64,000 nucleotides of DNA from Iphione sp. A-MEVVRFRX5. Lineage: Eukaryota. The stretch lies in contig OZ320319.1 in the NCBI GenBank assembly GCA_976226885.1, positions 33,356,001 through 33,420,000 on the forward strand, written 5' to 3'. The notes below the pieces were generated by a model. The model was not told the DNA's origin. It saw nothing but the letters and a program-made list of their open reading frames with translations, and did no database searches. Below, piece by piece: positions 25,290 to 38,224 of the stretch; the stretch's first letter is position 1; every line of letters starts with the position of its first letter. The position numbers and the translations under genes are program-made.

Positions 25290-27331
25290 AATGATATTTT
25301 CATATGCGCGACACTGTCGACTTGTACAGCAGACCAACAGCTAGACATGGTGTGAAATAATTTCGTACTTCCAGCTGGCAGAACAAGCATTAATTTGGCA
25401 ACGGTGTGACTTGGTGATTGCAAGAGGTGGCAATGGCTTAAGTGAGGAGTACGTACGATGTATGAGTTAGTGGTGATACAATTTGTCGTGTTTCAAACCA
25501 GAATTGTCCCAGATTATCCACTTCTTGCCCTACCTACAATTCAAAACCAGACTAAGACTATTACATGAGGTAATAGCCTGTGTTGCGTTGGGTCAAATTG
25601 TTACTGTTACCATATTAATACCTAAAATGACATATTTATTCTGTATATTTGTCCCTCATTTGTATTCTTTCTTGACTACAATTAATATACTTTTATTAAT
25701 ATATATCATGCATACCTCAGAACAATATACATACATGTACATGTACTGTCTATAATGCGCTTATGGTATCTGGCTTGAAATGACCATGCCCATAGTTTAA
25801 TAGTATGGCTATTTCTACTACAAATTCCCCATTAATTTTTGAAATACTAAGCAAAAGTCGTCGAGGAAGGACCAGGTTAATGCTGTGCAAATATTAAGCT
25901 AGAATATGATTGAGGTATTTTGCTAATTGAGAACACAAATAAGAAAGCCGACAGCACGCTCAAATGTGAATCTTCCCCAGAGAGAATGTTCGCAGAGATA
26001 AAACGTTTGAAGGCCAAAGGTCCCTCTTGTATGTAGACGTTTTGAGGTAGAAGTTCGGCTACTGTGGATGTCTCGTTACATATATATCTAACTTAACTGA
26101 TCCAAATCAGAGGACGAGCATTAAGTCTTTTCAAATTGCATTCACTTAATCATTTACGTAAATTTACCTCGACTTCTTTACGGCAGCTTCTTCGCAAGCA
26201 TTACGTTTATATTCCTAGGACAAAGGGAAGAGCATTCGCCTTATTTACACTAATAATTTTCTCGGTTTCACACAAAGCCAACAGTTCAACTGTTTAAAGG
26301 TGGATCCTTCATAGCAATCCTTTTCATAATCCCTTCCTTTGTTGCACTGAAGACGATGAAGACAGAAATCCATGCCCATGCTTCGTCTAAAATCATCTGT
26401 ACTCGGGAAAGATACAGTATTCGAACTAAATGTGTACGTTAATGGAGCAATATCTTCTACCGCCTAATGAGAAACATCACTCTTCCATATCAATACTGAT
26501 ACTACACGTATTTTAGTGAAGTGAGCCCAAACAAAAAGGGCCATCATAAAAAAATAGTGGCCTATAGCAATGGCAGCCTCCATTGCGTGACTACGAGGTG
26601 GATGGAGATAAAAACGTATGCTGGCCTGCTCTGTTCCGATGAGAAAAATGTTCACATGTTCTATAACAACGTCATACGTGCTATATATAATATACCTAAA
26701 CATGTCACGCTGGAGGCAAGAGGGGATCTACGATCAGCCGATTGACCCATTTTTATGTGTGGATTAACTCGATCTGCTTATCTAAAAACAGTATATTGAT
26801 ACAACTGTTCCCTTAGCTTTGCTGCGGGAGACAGAACAGTACCTATAAAGGATTCCTTTACGTGCCAACACAGTGATGGTGTATTTCGATGCAGCATTGT
26901 TGACACAACAGGCAGCGTTTACGTATTTAGGCAAAATATGATGGATCCAGCCCATCTGAACGACTTTTAAGGATTTCTGACAACGTATCTAGCTTTGCAC
27001 CATTCACAGAGAGAAGAATGAGATTCATCATGAAAAGAGAACGAGGCCTTTTTGAAACGTGGTCGTATAATTTTAATCTCCCTGATAGCCTTTCGCTTTC
27101 GGTTTCATGCAACCGCACAAAATTTCCACTACATTAAGCTGTGCAGTTTTTTTTAATCGCAACACTCCTAGTGACGTTCGACGTTAAATGGCAGTTGTCC
27201 TATATGTGTAGAGTGGGCCCCGCCAGACACAACCAGCCAGACACCAATGGAGCAATTTCCTGATGGTTGGCGTCCACCGAGAGAACAGATTCGTCTCCCT
27301 TATACATGGGTGTTACGATCACCCGAAGAAA

Positions 27332-27355
27332 CGTCGTCGTCGTCGTCGTCGTCGT
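27332..27355. repeat. (GTC)n trinucleotide repeat
   Basis: Direct reading. Confidence 0.9.
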
Positions 27356-30300
27356 GACAACAGACATCAGATCCCGACCGCAAACAGTCTCAGGGAAAGC
27401 AGTTGCTTCACTTGCTGCTGATACAGCATTATTGTCGAGAGCCACGCTGTCCTGCACCAGCACTGGGTGGGCACGGCCTGGGTAGACGTCCTCGTCCTAC
27501 TGCCGCCAGCTAGGTCCGAGACGATAAACCCGGCTCCAAGTGGAGAATGAATCTATTGTGTGGTATATACTTGGTCTGCAATAAGAGAGGGTAGGGATGA
27601 ACCCCTGTGACCAAACCCTGTTATTTATATGTCTTGTTCCCACATACAAGTGATTAGTTGTTGTAGTTGAATTGTCGACTCGCAGCAGACTCTGAGGCTC
27701 TCTGAACCGATTCCTTGAAAGTGGCTTCATTGATTACCTCCCTTCACGGTATCACGATGCTGGGATGATTGCACAAGTGGTATATAAGCGGCTTTGCGCA
27801 GCTTATGAGTGGCAATGTGACAGAGAAACCGGGTAATATGAATCAATGAAGAAGAAAATGATACTCTCCCTTTGTAGCATCATTACCACTGAATTTACAC
27901 TGTAACAAGTGCTAAAAGGCTCTTTTACATCGTCCCTAATTAGTTGTAAAGATTGCATAGTCATTCTAAACCGTGCGCCGTTATAGACGTAGATATATTT
28001 AAATGCGTGTATATACTACCAGAAAGCTGAGAGAATCCCTGCAACCCCACAATCTATCAACAGTTCACTGTAATTGGCATCACTCAATAATGATATATAC
28101 TGTTAATGTGTAGATAACTCTCAAGATATTGGTAAAAAATAATTGAATGAGCAGTACTTTGATTAGAAATAGATGGAATGTCCTACGTATCTATCTAAAA
28201 GATTATGCCGGTCCACTGGATCATTTGAGTTTTTCAGATCACAAAATTGGTCTGATTAATACGTACAGAGATACGCCTGTGTTCGTGGCCGTAAGGTTCG
28301 GTCAACGGATTTCCACGTCAAACACGGTTACTGGTTGTTCCTAACCGTCTGTTCACCAATGTAAATGAGTTCATGTGAGGGAAAACGCCATAATATGTTG
28401 GAATTATATTTCCTGGAAGAGAAACGTTCGCTCTAGAATTGATCAAAGCAGAGCAGCTCAGGCTCTTGCCAGAAGCCACGAAAAAAAAAGAGATAACCAT
28501 GCCTTCGCTACTTATCAATCTACTACTGGTACAAGTAACGCCATACTCTCGTGGATGGCGAGGCAATTTGACGAGCGATAATGAGGCAGTTAGAGGCTGT
28601 GACTGCAAAAGACATTATCACTCATTTTTCTTCTAGGGCTAGGTGGTTGGATTGGGTCAATTGAAGGACTGTATCATGTAGCCTTCATTCGGTGTGGGTC
28701 GCAACTCTCGAGCGTGTATCATATGTACAATCGCCAGACCATTCAATCATTACACGGGCTGTTTACAAAACTCGTTGTGCTGGATCAGCCTTCTCGGTCC
28801 TATCGGGCACGGGCGCAAAAACGTTCCGGAATCCATTAGTCTGTACCCTAGACGAGTTTTACCTGGCTAGCCTGCTCTGAGTGATCTTCACCAATTTTGC
28901 AGCGATAAGCGAAGTCGCCAGTTTACGTACCCGCGGAAAGCAACGGGAATGCAGCTGATGTTGTAAACATCATGTGGAAGATGTTTCCTTTGGCAAGAGT
29001 ACATTCTGGTTCAGTGGCAATGCTCCTTCCGATGGAATGGAAAAAAAACACAACTGTACCATTTTAATGTCATATGCACAGCATAGGGGTGCATTTTTTA
29101 CTTCACACAGTTATTGATAGTAAATTCCTTTGGAAGACAAAGAGGAAAAAAATCTGAATGTACCCTCATCTCGCAGGTAATACTATACAGATATCCCTGG
29201 ATATGCATGCATGTATTGTAAACGTTTTCAGCGCTCATCTGGATGACCATCATAGACTTAAACCTGGTTCATGTACCTCTACGAAATTACGCTTAGGCAC
29301 ACATAGTTTGAGATAGTTGCGCTAATGTTCAAATTGTCAAGAATTGATAAAATATATCGAGCAGGTGTTGAAGCCCAGAAATATGACTTACTTATGGCTG
29401 CATGTCTTACAGTGTTCTTGCTTAATTTTACAATAAACCCTCAGAACTTCGGTAAGTCAGCCCTGTGCAAAACTCCTGGCTCTAACACCAGCTCCAACCA
29501 CAAAGAATGTATATTTCAACTACAACTGTATATTTATAACTTTGATCACACTTCCGAAGCTAAGCAGCTGTGAAGTTATGCGATATTACTATAATTCATT
29601 AAGATGTAATTAATAATAATGTTTATTATAACATAATGAAGCGAGTACAGGTAACAAAATTTGAAAGGAGAATACCTGGTTGCCCACCTGACATTTCAAC
29701 GATGATGGTAGACATTACAGTGCACTGGTACGGTCCCATCAAACTTTAGGCAATAGACCTGAAATACCAAGACTACACAGCTGGACTTTTCATGCCGCCA
29801 AGGGTAACAGCCAATAGGTATACAAAGTCTACACTTTGGTTTATGCCCGTCATGTGGCTTCCATTACTGCTTCGGCAAGAAGTCTTTGTATTTAGGCTAG
29901 GAGTTAGTCCTTGATGACTATCCGTTTTTCATAATATACACAGTCATAATATTTACTAGCGAGTGCTTCCATGCTGCTTTTATTATGTTTCTGTAAAAAG
30001 AAACATACAGGTGTTTTATTGGTTCCAGCACTTAAGTGAACGGAGTCCATTCATGTGTACATATGGCGAGATAGTACTCATTTCGTGGAATGCTGGTAGA
30101 GTAGGATAGATCTTTACCGTTTAATGATATCCACCACGTGGCGCAGACACAGGCAAATACATTGGTGATGATAGATACAGTACAGCTTTGTGTTGCGAGG
30201 CATTTTTATCTATAGCCCTGGTGCTATCACGAAAGGCGTGGGTTGCAGACCAGTGGGCCCTCCGGCTAGATGGAACTAGCAACAAGCGTAGCTAGATTGA

Positions 30301-30403
30301 GATTGATGCTGGATGTAGCAGGCTTGCGAGCACATCCGAACCAGGTGGCAACTAGAACACCGGGACTCGATGTCATTGAAGTAAATATTTGCAGCACAAT
30401 GAT

Positions 30404-30547
30404 TGTTATGATAGGGTATTTTAACTTTTGTAGAGGGAGGAACACAGAGACTAGACAATGGAGCTGGAGGCCATGTTGGAAGCTTATTTATTTTCTTTTA
30501 GTTCCTAAAGTTGCCACTTGAGGGCAGCACTAGTACATGTCGTTACA
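30404..30547 (-). repeat. 3' LTR (144 bp)
   Basis: Identical to 35121-35264. Confidence 0.97.
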
Positions 30548-30565
30548 TCTTCCCTTTTTTTTTTT
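30548..30565 (-). promoter_or_regulatory. Polypurine tract
   Basis: A-run + GGGAAGA immediately before the 3' LTR on the minus strand. Confidence 0.9.
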
Positions 30566-30807
30566 GAATAAAAAATAGGTTTAGAGAAAGTCACTTAATC
30601 ATGAAAGAGATAGACTCTTTGAAATGTCCTTAAAGTCTTTAGTTCAATGAGTTCGGAAAATGTCTGTAGTGGTTCTGAATATACGTATCGACTTATCTAC
30701 TACTAGGTAAGTTCCTTGGGTATGTAAGTAGACTGCTCCATACCCATGAGTCGGTCTCTGGTGTTATTCTGACCAATAGTGAGACCAACCCAAGAGCTAA
30801 CATTTAC

Positions 30808-33800
30808 TTAGCAACTTTCGATGAGACGCTGTGGCTTTGTGACTGATCGGGAGGACCGGCGCAGTTCCGGGCTAGCAGAAACAGTCTGCTTGGTGCACGA
30901 CTCCGATGTGGTAGGGCATTCTCTGGTAGCACGAATGGGTGATTCTACGTGATCTTGGAGCGGAGTGGACACCGGACCCTCTACTTGTACGTTAGGTGGT
31001 GTGTCCTGTCTGGGAACTGGCTGAAGATGTCTTCTGTTCCTTCGAGTCAGTCCTGTTTCAGTCTGCACAATATACGATCTTGGGGTATCTGCAGCACTCT
31101 TGATGATGCCTGGCTGTTTCCAGCCTTTTTGGCCATCGGTCTTGATGGCTACCTGCTCACCAACTGGCAGTGGTGGTAGAGGATGTACACCATGATGACG
31201 ATTGTAGTGATGAGCATATGTCTCCTTACTGACTTGATCTTTTGCTAGAACCGATTCCCAAGCGGGCCATCTCGGTTCCAGTGTAGCTGGTAGAACTGGC
31301 AGGGTTGTCCTAATGTGGCGACCCATCATCAGCTGTGATGGGCTGCATCCAGTGGCAGAGATCGGAGTATCTCTGTATATCATGAGCGCGAGCCAGGGGT
31401 CCTGTTGACTCAGGATGCGCTTAGCTGTTTGGACTGCGCGCTCAGCTTCTCCGTTAGCATTTGGGAGGTACGGGCTTGTGGTCACGTGATTAAACACGTA
31501 CTTCTCACCAAACTTCTTGAATTCCGATGAAGTAAATTGGGGCCCATTGTCAGAGACGACTTCCTTTGGCACCCCAAATCTTGCGAAGCTGTCCTTCAGA
31601 CGCCCAATCACTGCATCCGCAGATGTGGTTGAGAGGAGCAAAACTTCGATCCATCTAGAATAATAATCGCAGACGACAAGGAAGTCCTTTCCCTTGAATT
31701 GACACAGGTCAATAGCAATCCTTTGCCATGGGCCTTGGGGTAATGGAGTCGGCATCAGTGGCTCCTTTCGTTGTGTTGGTCTCACAGACTGGCAGTGCTG
31801 GCAGTTTCCGACAATCTTCTTGACGTCTGCAGTGAGACCTGGCCACCACACACCAAGGCGAGCTCTCTCAAGGCATTTGGTGATGCCTTGGTGTCCGTCA
31901 TGGATCCTATCAAGGATTTCGGGTTGCATGGCGACTGGAATGACGATCCGGTTGCCAAACACCAAAAGTCCATCTGTCACGGACAGCATTGCTCTGTGAG
32001 CATACAGTTTACGTAGGCTGTCGGGAACATCCTTTTCATACTTTGGCCATCCAGTAAGGGTATACACAATGGCTGCCTGCAGTGCAGGATCATTCTGAGT
32101 GGAGTGCCTTAGATTGTCCCTCTTCTGGGGTGATGCTGGGAAGCCAGTTTCAACAGACTGGACATACAGCTCGACATCTTCAGCGGTGCTACTCATCTCC
32201 TTTGTGCTCATGGGGCTTCTAGACAGAGCATCGGACACATACATATCCTTCCCTGGCACATACTTGGCCTGGACATTATATCTCATGAGACGCATCAACA
32301 GCCTTTGGCATCTGAGGGGCACATTATCCAGATCCTTTGTGTTGATGAGAGGGACGAGTGGCTTGTGGTCAGTCAACAGCGTAACAGTCTGTAGTCCGCA
32401 GAGGAATCGATCAAACTTTTCACATGCCCAGACACCTGCCAAGCACTCCTTCTCTATCTGGGCATATCGCTGCTCAGCTCCACTTAGTGTTCGGGAGCAA
32501 AATGCCACTGGCTTCAAGACATCCCCGTGGTGTTGCAGGAGTACTCCCCCCAAGCCATAGGAACTGGCATCTGCGCTTACTGTGGTGGGCTTGCTGACAT
32601 CATAATAGGCGAGTACAGGAGTCGACGAGATGAGGGTCTTCATCTTCTTGAGTGCCTCCTGTTGTGCGGGTCCCCATGTCCAGTCGACGTCATTCTTTAA
32701 TAGGTCGTTGAGGGGACGAGTGACAACATGTAGGTCTGGCAGGTATGACCCAAGGTAGTGCACCATACCTAATATCTGTCTCAGCTGGGTGACTGAAGAT
32801 GGTGCTGGCATCTTCTGGATTGCTTCAACCTTTTCTGGGTCGGCTGAAACTCCATCCTTGGTGAACTTATGCCCGAGGAACTTCAGTTCACTTTGGCGAA
32901 AGGAACACTTGTCCTTGTTCAGCTGTAGGCCAGCTTGTCTGAGGACATTTAAGACGTTCGCCAGCCTGTCATCATGCTCCTTCTCATCTTTACCATAGAT
33001 GAGGATGTCGTCCATGTAGGTAAAAACACCTTGGACTCCACTGAGAACCTCTAGCATTTTTCGCATAAAGATCTCAGGGGTGGATGTAATGCCAAAGGGT
33101 AGGCGACGGAAGCAATACCTCCCAAATGGAGTTAGGAATGTCGTCAACTCCTGGCTGTCTTCGTCAAGAGGGATCTGATAAAATCCACTGGCAGCATCCA
33201 GACAGGAGAACACAGTAGCTCCAGACAGCTTGGATGTGAGGTCCTCCAAGGTAGGCAAGATGAAGCGCTCTCGCCTGACATTGACATTCAACTTCTTCAA
33301 GTCGACGCAAAGACGAACTTTCCCTGATTTCTTGACCACTGGCACCATGGGAGCACACCATGGAGTGGGTTTTGTGATTTCCCTTATGACCCCTGCTGTC
33401 ATAAGACGGTCGAGCTCCTCCTTAACTTTCGGCAAGATTGGGATAGGTACTCTGCGGGCAACATTGATCGCGAACGGCTGTGCGTCATCCTTCAGGACGA
33501 TTTTGACGGGGTCAGTTTTGAGGCAACCAACATCATCAGTGACAGTGCAGATCTTGGCAATGAGGCCCATTTGTGATGCTGCTCCCCTTCCGAGAAGATT
33601 CTCAACTTCATTCGCCACAACCAGTATTCGAAACTGGTACCGAGTCTCCTTCACTATGGTATTAGCGGTGAACTCACCCTTGCAGTTCAGGGGTCCACCC
33701 GGGCTGGATAGGTTGACTGCAACTTCTTTTAGTGGCGGTCTGGGTTTTAGCTTAAGGTAGTTGACGTACGACATCACGGACACGTCTGCTCCTGAGTCGA

Positions 33801-34755
33801 TCTTGAACCCAATTGGCCTACCACCTCCGATGGCCAGGTTAACCTTCCATGCTGGGCTACCATCATCACAGCCAACTGCTCCACAAAAGTATTCAGACTG
33901 ATACTCCTGGTCTGTATGACAGACTTCTTGGACCTTCTTGCGGCACACAGATGCAAAGTGGCCCTTCTTTTTGCAGTTGTTGCATACTTTCCCCAGGGCA
34001 GGGCACGAGCCGGGATCTGATGAGCGGTGGATGTAGCCACATCTACCGCACTTGGACTTGGACTGGCTAGGCTGACTGGAACCTTGATGAGGGGCAGAGG
34101 ACAGATCCTTGCTCCAATCACGAGAGGGATGTTTCTTGCCTGGCTTCCTGCGATTTCTTCCACCATCCTTCTTGACGAAGTTGACGGCCCCGGTAGACTC
34201 ATTCTGACTCTTAACAAGCTCCGAGTGCCGTGCCATCTCCACCGCTTTGTCTAGTGTCAGAGTGTCTTGTTCCAGCTGAAGCTTTTTCGACATCTCTTTG
34301 TCGAGCATGCCGCTTATTAAGCGGTCTCGTATATGCTCTTCTTCCTTATCTTCAAAGCGGCAGTATGCGGCAAGATCATGCAGATTACGGACAAAACACT
34401 CGACAGACTCAGTGGACAGTTGGCAACGCTGGTAGAATTTCGCCCTTTCATGTATGGTATTTCTCTTTGGCACGAAATACTCATCAAACTTTTTGATGAC
34501 AACATCAAAATCATTTTTCGGGTCGATCGGGTCGGGATCTGCCTCTGTTGGCGCAGGGGCAGCTTCAAAGCGGAAGGACTTGTAGATATTTTCCGCCTGC
34601 CTTCCCATGGCATAAATGAGAGAGGACACCTGGATCTCCCCTTCATCTCGGTGTAGCTTTGTGGCAATGCGAAATCGCATGAACCTCTCCTTCCATTCTG
34701 GCCACTTTGAGGGCTGCTCAAAGGGGAATGACTCTGGAGGGTTAAACTTAGGCAT
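30808..34755 (-). CDS. Gag-Pol polyprotein (1315 aa from the first ATG)
   Basis: Gag, two Cys knuckles (CGRCGYIH...C; CNNCKKKGHFASVC), protease FKIDSGAD, RT (LDAASGFYQ, LPFG, YMDD), RNase H (ADAS, TDHKPL), integrase (HDGHQG...C..C; DLC, DNG, NGEAE). No stops or frameshifts. Confidence 0.96.
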   Translation of the reverse strand: MPKFNPPESFPFEQPSKWPEWKERFMRFRIATKLHRDEGEIQVSSLIYAMGRQAENIYKSFRFEAAPAPTEADPDPIDPKNDFDVVIKKFDEYFVPKRNTIHERAKFYQRCQLSTESVECFVRNLHDLAAYCRFEDKEEEHIRDRLISGMLDKEMSKKLQLEQDTLTLDKAVEMARHSELVKSQNESTGAVNFVKKDGGRNRRKPGKKHPSRDWSKDLSSAPHQGSSQPSQSKSKCGRCGYIHRSSDPGSCPALGKVCNNCKKKGHFASVCRKKVQEVCHTDQEYQSEYFCGAVGCDDGSPAWKVNLAIGGGRPIGFKIDSGADVSVMSYVNYLKLKPRPPLKEVAVNLSSPGGPLNCKGEFTANTIVKETRYQFRILVVANEVENLLGRGAASQMGLIAKICTVTDDVGCLKTDPVKIVLKDDAQPFAINVARRVPIPILPKVKEELDRLMTAGVIREITKPTPWCAPMVPVVKKSGKVRLCVDLKKLNVNVRRERFILPTLEDLTSKLSGATVFSCLDAASGFYQIPLDEDSQELTTFLTPFGRYCFRRLPFGITSTPEIFMRKMLEVLSGVQGVFTYMDDILIYGKDEKEHDDRLANVLNVLRQAGLQLNKDKCSFRQSELKFLGHKFTKDGVSADPEKVEAIQKMPAPSSVTQLRQILGMVHYLGSYLPDLHVVTRPLNDLLKNDVDWTWGPAQQEALKKMKTLISSTPVLAYYDVSKPTTVSADASSYGLGGVLLQHHGDVLKPVAFCSRTLSGAEQRYAQIEKECLAGVWACEKFDRFLCGLQTVTLLTDHKPLVPLINTKDLDNVPLRCQRLLMRLMRYNVQAKYVPGKDMYVSDALSRSPMSTKEMSSTAEDVELYVQSVETGFPASPQKRDNLRHSTQNDPALQAAIVYTLTGWPKYEKDVPDSLRKLYAHRAMLSVTDGLLVFGNRIVIPVAMQPEILDRIHDGHQGITKCLERARLGVWWPGLTADVKKIVGNCQHCQSVRPTQRKEPLMPTPLPQGPWQRIAIDLCQFKGKDFLVVCDYYSRWIEVLLLSTTSADAVIGRLKDSFARFGVPKEVVSDNGPQFTSSEFKKFGEKYVFNHVTTSPYLPNANGEAERAVQTAKRILSQQDPWLALMIYRDTPISATGCSPSQLMMGRHIRTTLPVLPATLEPRWPAWESVLAKDQVSKETYAHHYNRHHGVHPLPPLPVGEQVAIKTDGQKGWKQPGIIKSAADTPRSYIVQTETGLTRRNRRHLQPVPRQDTPPNVQVEGPVSTPLQDHVESPIRATRECPTTSESCTKQTVSASPELRRSSRSVTKPQRLIESC

Positions 34756-35107
34756 GACTGACTTTGACAAGGCTATACGTACGTGACTGCTGGGTGTATA
34801 GGGTCAGGCCTTACTCACTATGACACAGTACTGCCTTTAGCTTGACACCAAAGGGAAGACAATTTTCCTTTTCTTCAATAAATTCTACTGTCTCTGTTGT
34901 CTACATGGCCTGATGTGGCTGATGAATAGGTAAATTCCTCTCACCTTAGTGGATGCCCTGAATGGAGGTCTCTCACCTACCCATCATGTGCTCACATCTG
35001 CTCACTTTCTTGATCCATCTCCATCCTCTTCATCTCTTGTCATCAGGATGAAATACAGGTGTCTGGAGATGCTCCTGTGCCTTGTCAGGCCCTAACACAA
35101 GCTTTAG

Positions 35108-35120
35108 ACCGCTGCCACCA
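35108..35120 (-). promoter_or_regulatory. Primer-binding site, probably tRNA-Leu
   Basis: TGGTGGCAGCGGT directly after the 5' LTR, complementary to ...ACCGCUGCCA-CCA, the 3' end I recall for eukaryotic tRNA-Leu. Confidence 0.8.
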
Positions 35121-35264
35121 TGTTATGATAGGGTATTTTAACTTTTGTAGAGGGAGGAACACAGAGACTAGACAATGGAGCTGGAGGCCATGTTGGAAGC
35201 TTATTTATTTTCTTTTAGTTCCTAAAGTTGCCACTTGAGGGCAGCACTAGTACATGTCGTTACA
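35121..35264 (-). repeat. 5' LTR (144 bp)
   Basis: Identical to 30404-30547; reads TGTAAC...ATAACA on the minus strand. Confidence 0.97.
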
Positions 35265-37157
35265 ATGATGTTCTTATAGTCAGTGACTTTCAAGGCAAAC
35301 GTGGAGTCAAATTTCAGTTATGGTAGTACATATACACCTTCCTTGGTGTCGTTCTCCATAATTCCCCTCGTTGTGGTAAACACATTAGACAATAAGACAA
35401 AATGTACTCATTGTAAGCCGCACACATAGAGATTGAGATGTCGAATGTTAAAAGATGTGGCGAGAATGTCTCAGTGAACACGGGCACAAAGCAAGCATAT
35501 ATGTACACATTTATATTTTAAATGTTCTTTCAATCACCGTTGGTAATAAGGAAACATGGTACTTATCCAAAGCAAACAATATTGCCATGTTGGTAGGATG
35601 ACCTTAGCATATGATTTACGATAGGGATGTCTGGAAAATTTCATAGTAATGAACCTACCTTTAAAAACAGTATGAATCCAATTACAAGAGCGCCGCTTAT
35701 TTTTAGACCGGATCCCGTTAGCATACAGGCGTCGCCCAGCACCCGTCTATATTGTGGCGCCACCTATCGTTAAGTCCTGTCGGCCACCTGGGCTAACAGT
35801 GCTAACGGGCTTCATTTATTTTCAGTCTCACCCTTCGACATTTTGGAGGAAAGTTAGAACGATACAAAGCCACATCTTTCTCATTTGTAATAGGAATAAA
35901 ATGCTCTGGTAGGTTACTATTAGTCAAAATATACCATCAACGAGTAGGAATTCCATCTCACCTGCAATCAGCAGGTATAAGTCCCTCACACACCTGTCTG
36001 TATATCTTCTGATTACCCATCAATGTGTACATTATTTGGACCCTATTCTAGTTTAATAGGCACTTTACATAATATGACTAGACTGTATAATGTTAACCGT
36101 ATTTATGCTAATCACTGCCTGCTTAGCGCATTACTAAGTCTCTCTGGATTAGTGTTCTCTTTTCGTCGCATAGCAGATGAGCGCATATTTGTATAGAACA
36201 ATATGTATATATATATCATTTTTATATGTGTATGCTGATCATTGCATACGTATTGTGGCTTCTGGCAACCTCGTGTTAATCAGGACTGACTGTACATTTG
36301 CAGTTACTTACATATACCTAATACAAATATAGTAATTCTGTATATTAGTAAAGATTAGGGGTAACGGAGGAGAAGAATAGTTATTGAAAACTGAGGATGA
36401 TTAACATTAGTGAGAATGGGCTAAACTTACTCTGTTGCTTTTATATGGTTGGCTGTACCCCAAATCTCCATTCCCTTTTCTTCACCGGCACAAAAGGTGT
36501 GTTTGAGTTACAAGACCAACAGGGGTAAGATTCCTGTTTCAGATGTATGGATTCAGTTTATCAACTTTTGCTCGTTGAATAACAAATACCTTTTCTTATA
36601 ACTCAACATTTATCTTAGTCCTTTCCATTTAAGTTCGCATAAAGCAAATTTGTATTCTTGATTTACAGAAAATATCTGTACTTTATATGCATTCAACACA
36701 AATCAAGGATTCTACCGGAATAATTATTACACTCCCACTTTTAAAATGACTGCTGGAAGTGGGCTGAAAATAGATCGGTCAAGCAGTTACTTCCCTTTGG
36801 TAGTAAAGTAAGTTATATATATATTTGTTCTCCACAGAGGAAACTTTCAAGAAGACTCACCCTAAAAGTCTCCCAAGATATTATTGAAATTGACCAATAA
36901 AAAAATAATTATGCAGAGCTGCACTATTTTTTCAGTTGGCATAAGAATTCTGTCCTACTTTAGTTTGACCTAGTTTTTTTTCAGTTTGGCAGGTTCACTC
37001 TGCCATGGGAAAATTCGAATAAAGGAGAGAGGGAGAGAGGGGGGGAGAGAGAGAGTAGTGGGGTATTTTCTGTCATAAATGCCTATTTCTGTGAAGACCG
37101 GTCCTGTTACGAGAGGAAGTAGTTTAACTGTAGGTGAGCAGTAATCCCTCTGGGGAG

Positions 37158-37158
37158 G

Positions 37159-37194
<36 letters not shown>

Positions 37195-37246
37195 CAGACA
37201 GACAGACAAACACACACACACATGCACACACACACATACACACACA
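37158..37246. repeat. Compound microsatellite (GA)n(GACA)n(CA)n
   Basis: Direct reading. Confidence 0.95.
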
Positions 37247-38177
37247 TCCACATCCAGTGCAAGAGTCGAAGGTGCTTGTATCCTGCAAGGTTTAACAAAC
37301 TATGGCTAAACAGGACGTCTTCAGGATTCAGTTTCACTCATAGACGGATCTTTCAAATTTGGCAATCCTGAATATGCCACCACTCCTTCCCACAAATAAA
37401 TGTAAATGGCATTTCTTGGACATGCTCATCAGGTAAACGACTTATTGGGTCTGCATAATTTGTTATATGGGGTACATGTAGTTTGGACATCATTTTGTTA
37501 CTAGTTTGAGTTTTAGATTCAAACCTGTAAAACACGATGTATAGCTCAACGTCCCAGCGTGAAGTTCCTATTCCGATTGAAGATGCCTATTGTGCTTGTC
37601 TGCTGTTGATTCTGTGATTACACTTTGAATAAGCTATGTTAATCATATTATTGAAGCTAAATATTGTTTTTGTACTGAAAACAGCTCGCCCACACAGGGT
37701 GAGGTGATCATATTGTTCAATCAGCCATACTCATGAGCATTTTGTATATTAAAGGAAAATGGCCCGTTCCAAGCAACTTTGACTGCAGTCGCCTGTTTTT
37801 GAGTTCACCGGACACTGAGGTTCCACTGTATTTCAAACTTTGCATGAAAGACCAAGACAGATATTGAAATATCAGAAATCTAGTCATGTTACCCATGACC
37901 GTTCGTATATTGCTATTCAGTCAGGGTTTCGTCCGTCTTCCAAATCGGTGCTATGCTTGCCAGCCCGGATTTAAACCTGCATAAGACTGAAATAAGTTCT
38001 AACTAGTACAAAAGATGAAGGTGAAATTATAAGTAACCATTATAAAATACTTAGGGGTGGATGGACATACGAAGGATAGGTGGATGATTTATAGACCGAC
38101 TCACAAATGAGGAGACAAAAATGGATAGACGGAAGGAAGGACTATGTAGAGAGGGAATGGTGTCAGTGACGCCAAAC

Positions 38178-38183
38178 GATAGA

Positions 38184-38215
<32 letters not shown>

Positions 38216-38224
38216 TAGATAGAT
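38178..38224. repeat. (GATA)n(GACA)n microsatellite
   Basis: Direct reading. Confidence 0.95.

Larger units (their letters stand above)
30404..35264 (-). mobile_element. Intact Ty3/Gypsy LTR retrotransposon (Mag-like)
   Basis: Identical 144-bp TG...CA LTRs, ATGAT TSD (30399-30403 and 35265-35269), PBS, PPT, single gag-pol ORF in PR-RT-RH-IN order. Confidence 0.97.

Noticed and set aside
28147-28640. Possible LINE endonuclease remnant (SDH motif)
   Set aside because: One short motif only, with no supporting RT motifs downstream.
20791-34721. Many short track ORFs antisense or out of frame within the two retrotransposons
   Set aside because: Shadow ORFs of GC-rich coding sequence or repeat copies; no independent evidence.
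35101-35112. Sequence after the PBS resembles the tRNA-Leu D-arm (GCGGTCTAAAGC)
   Set aside because: Same sense as the tRNA, so it could not pair with the primer; short and probably coincidental.
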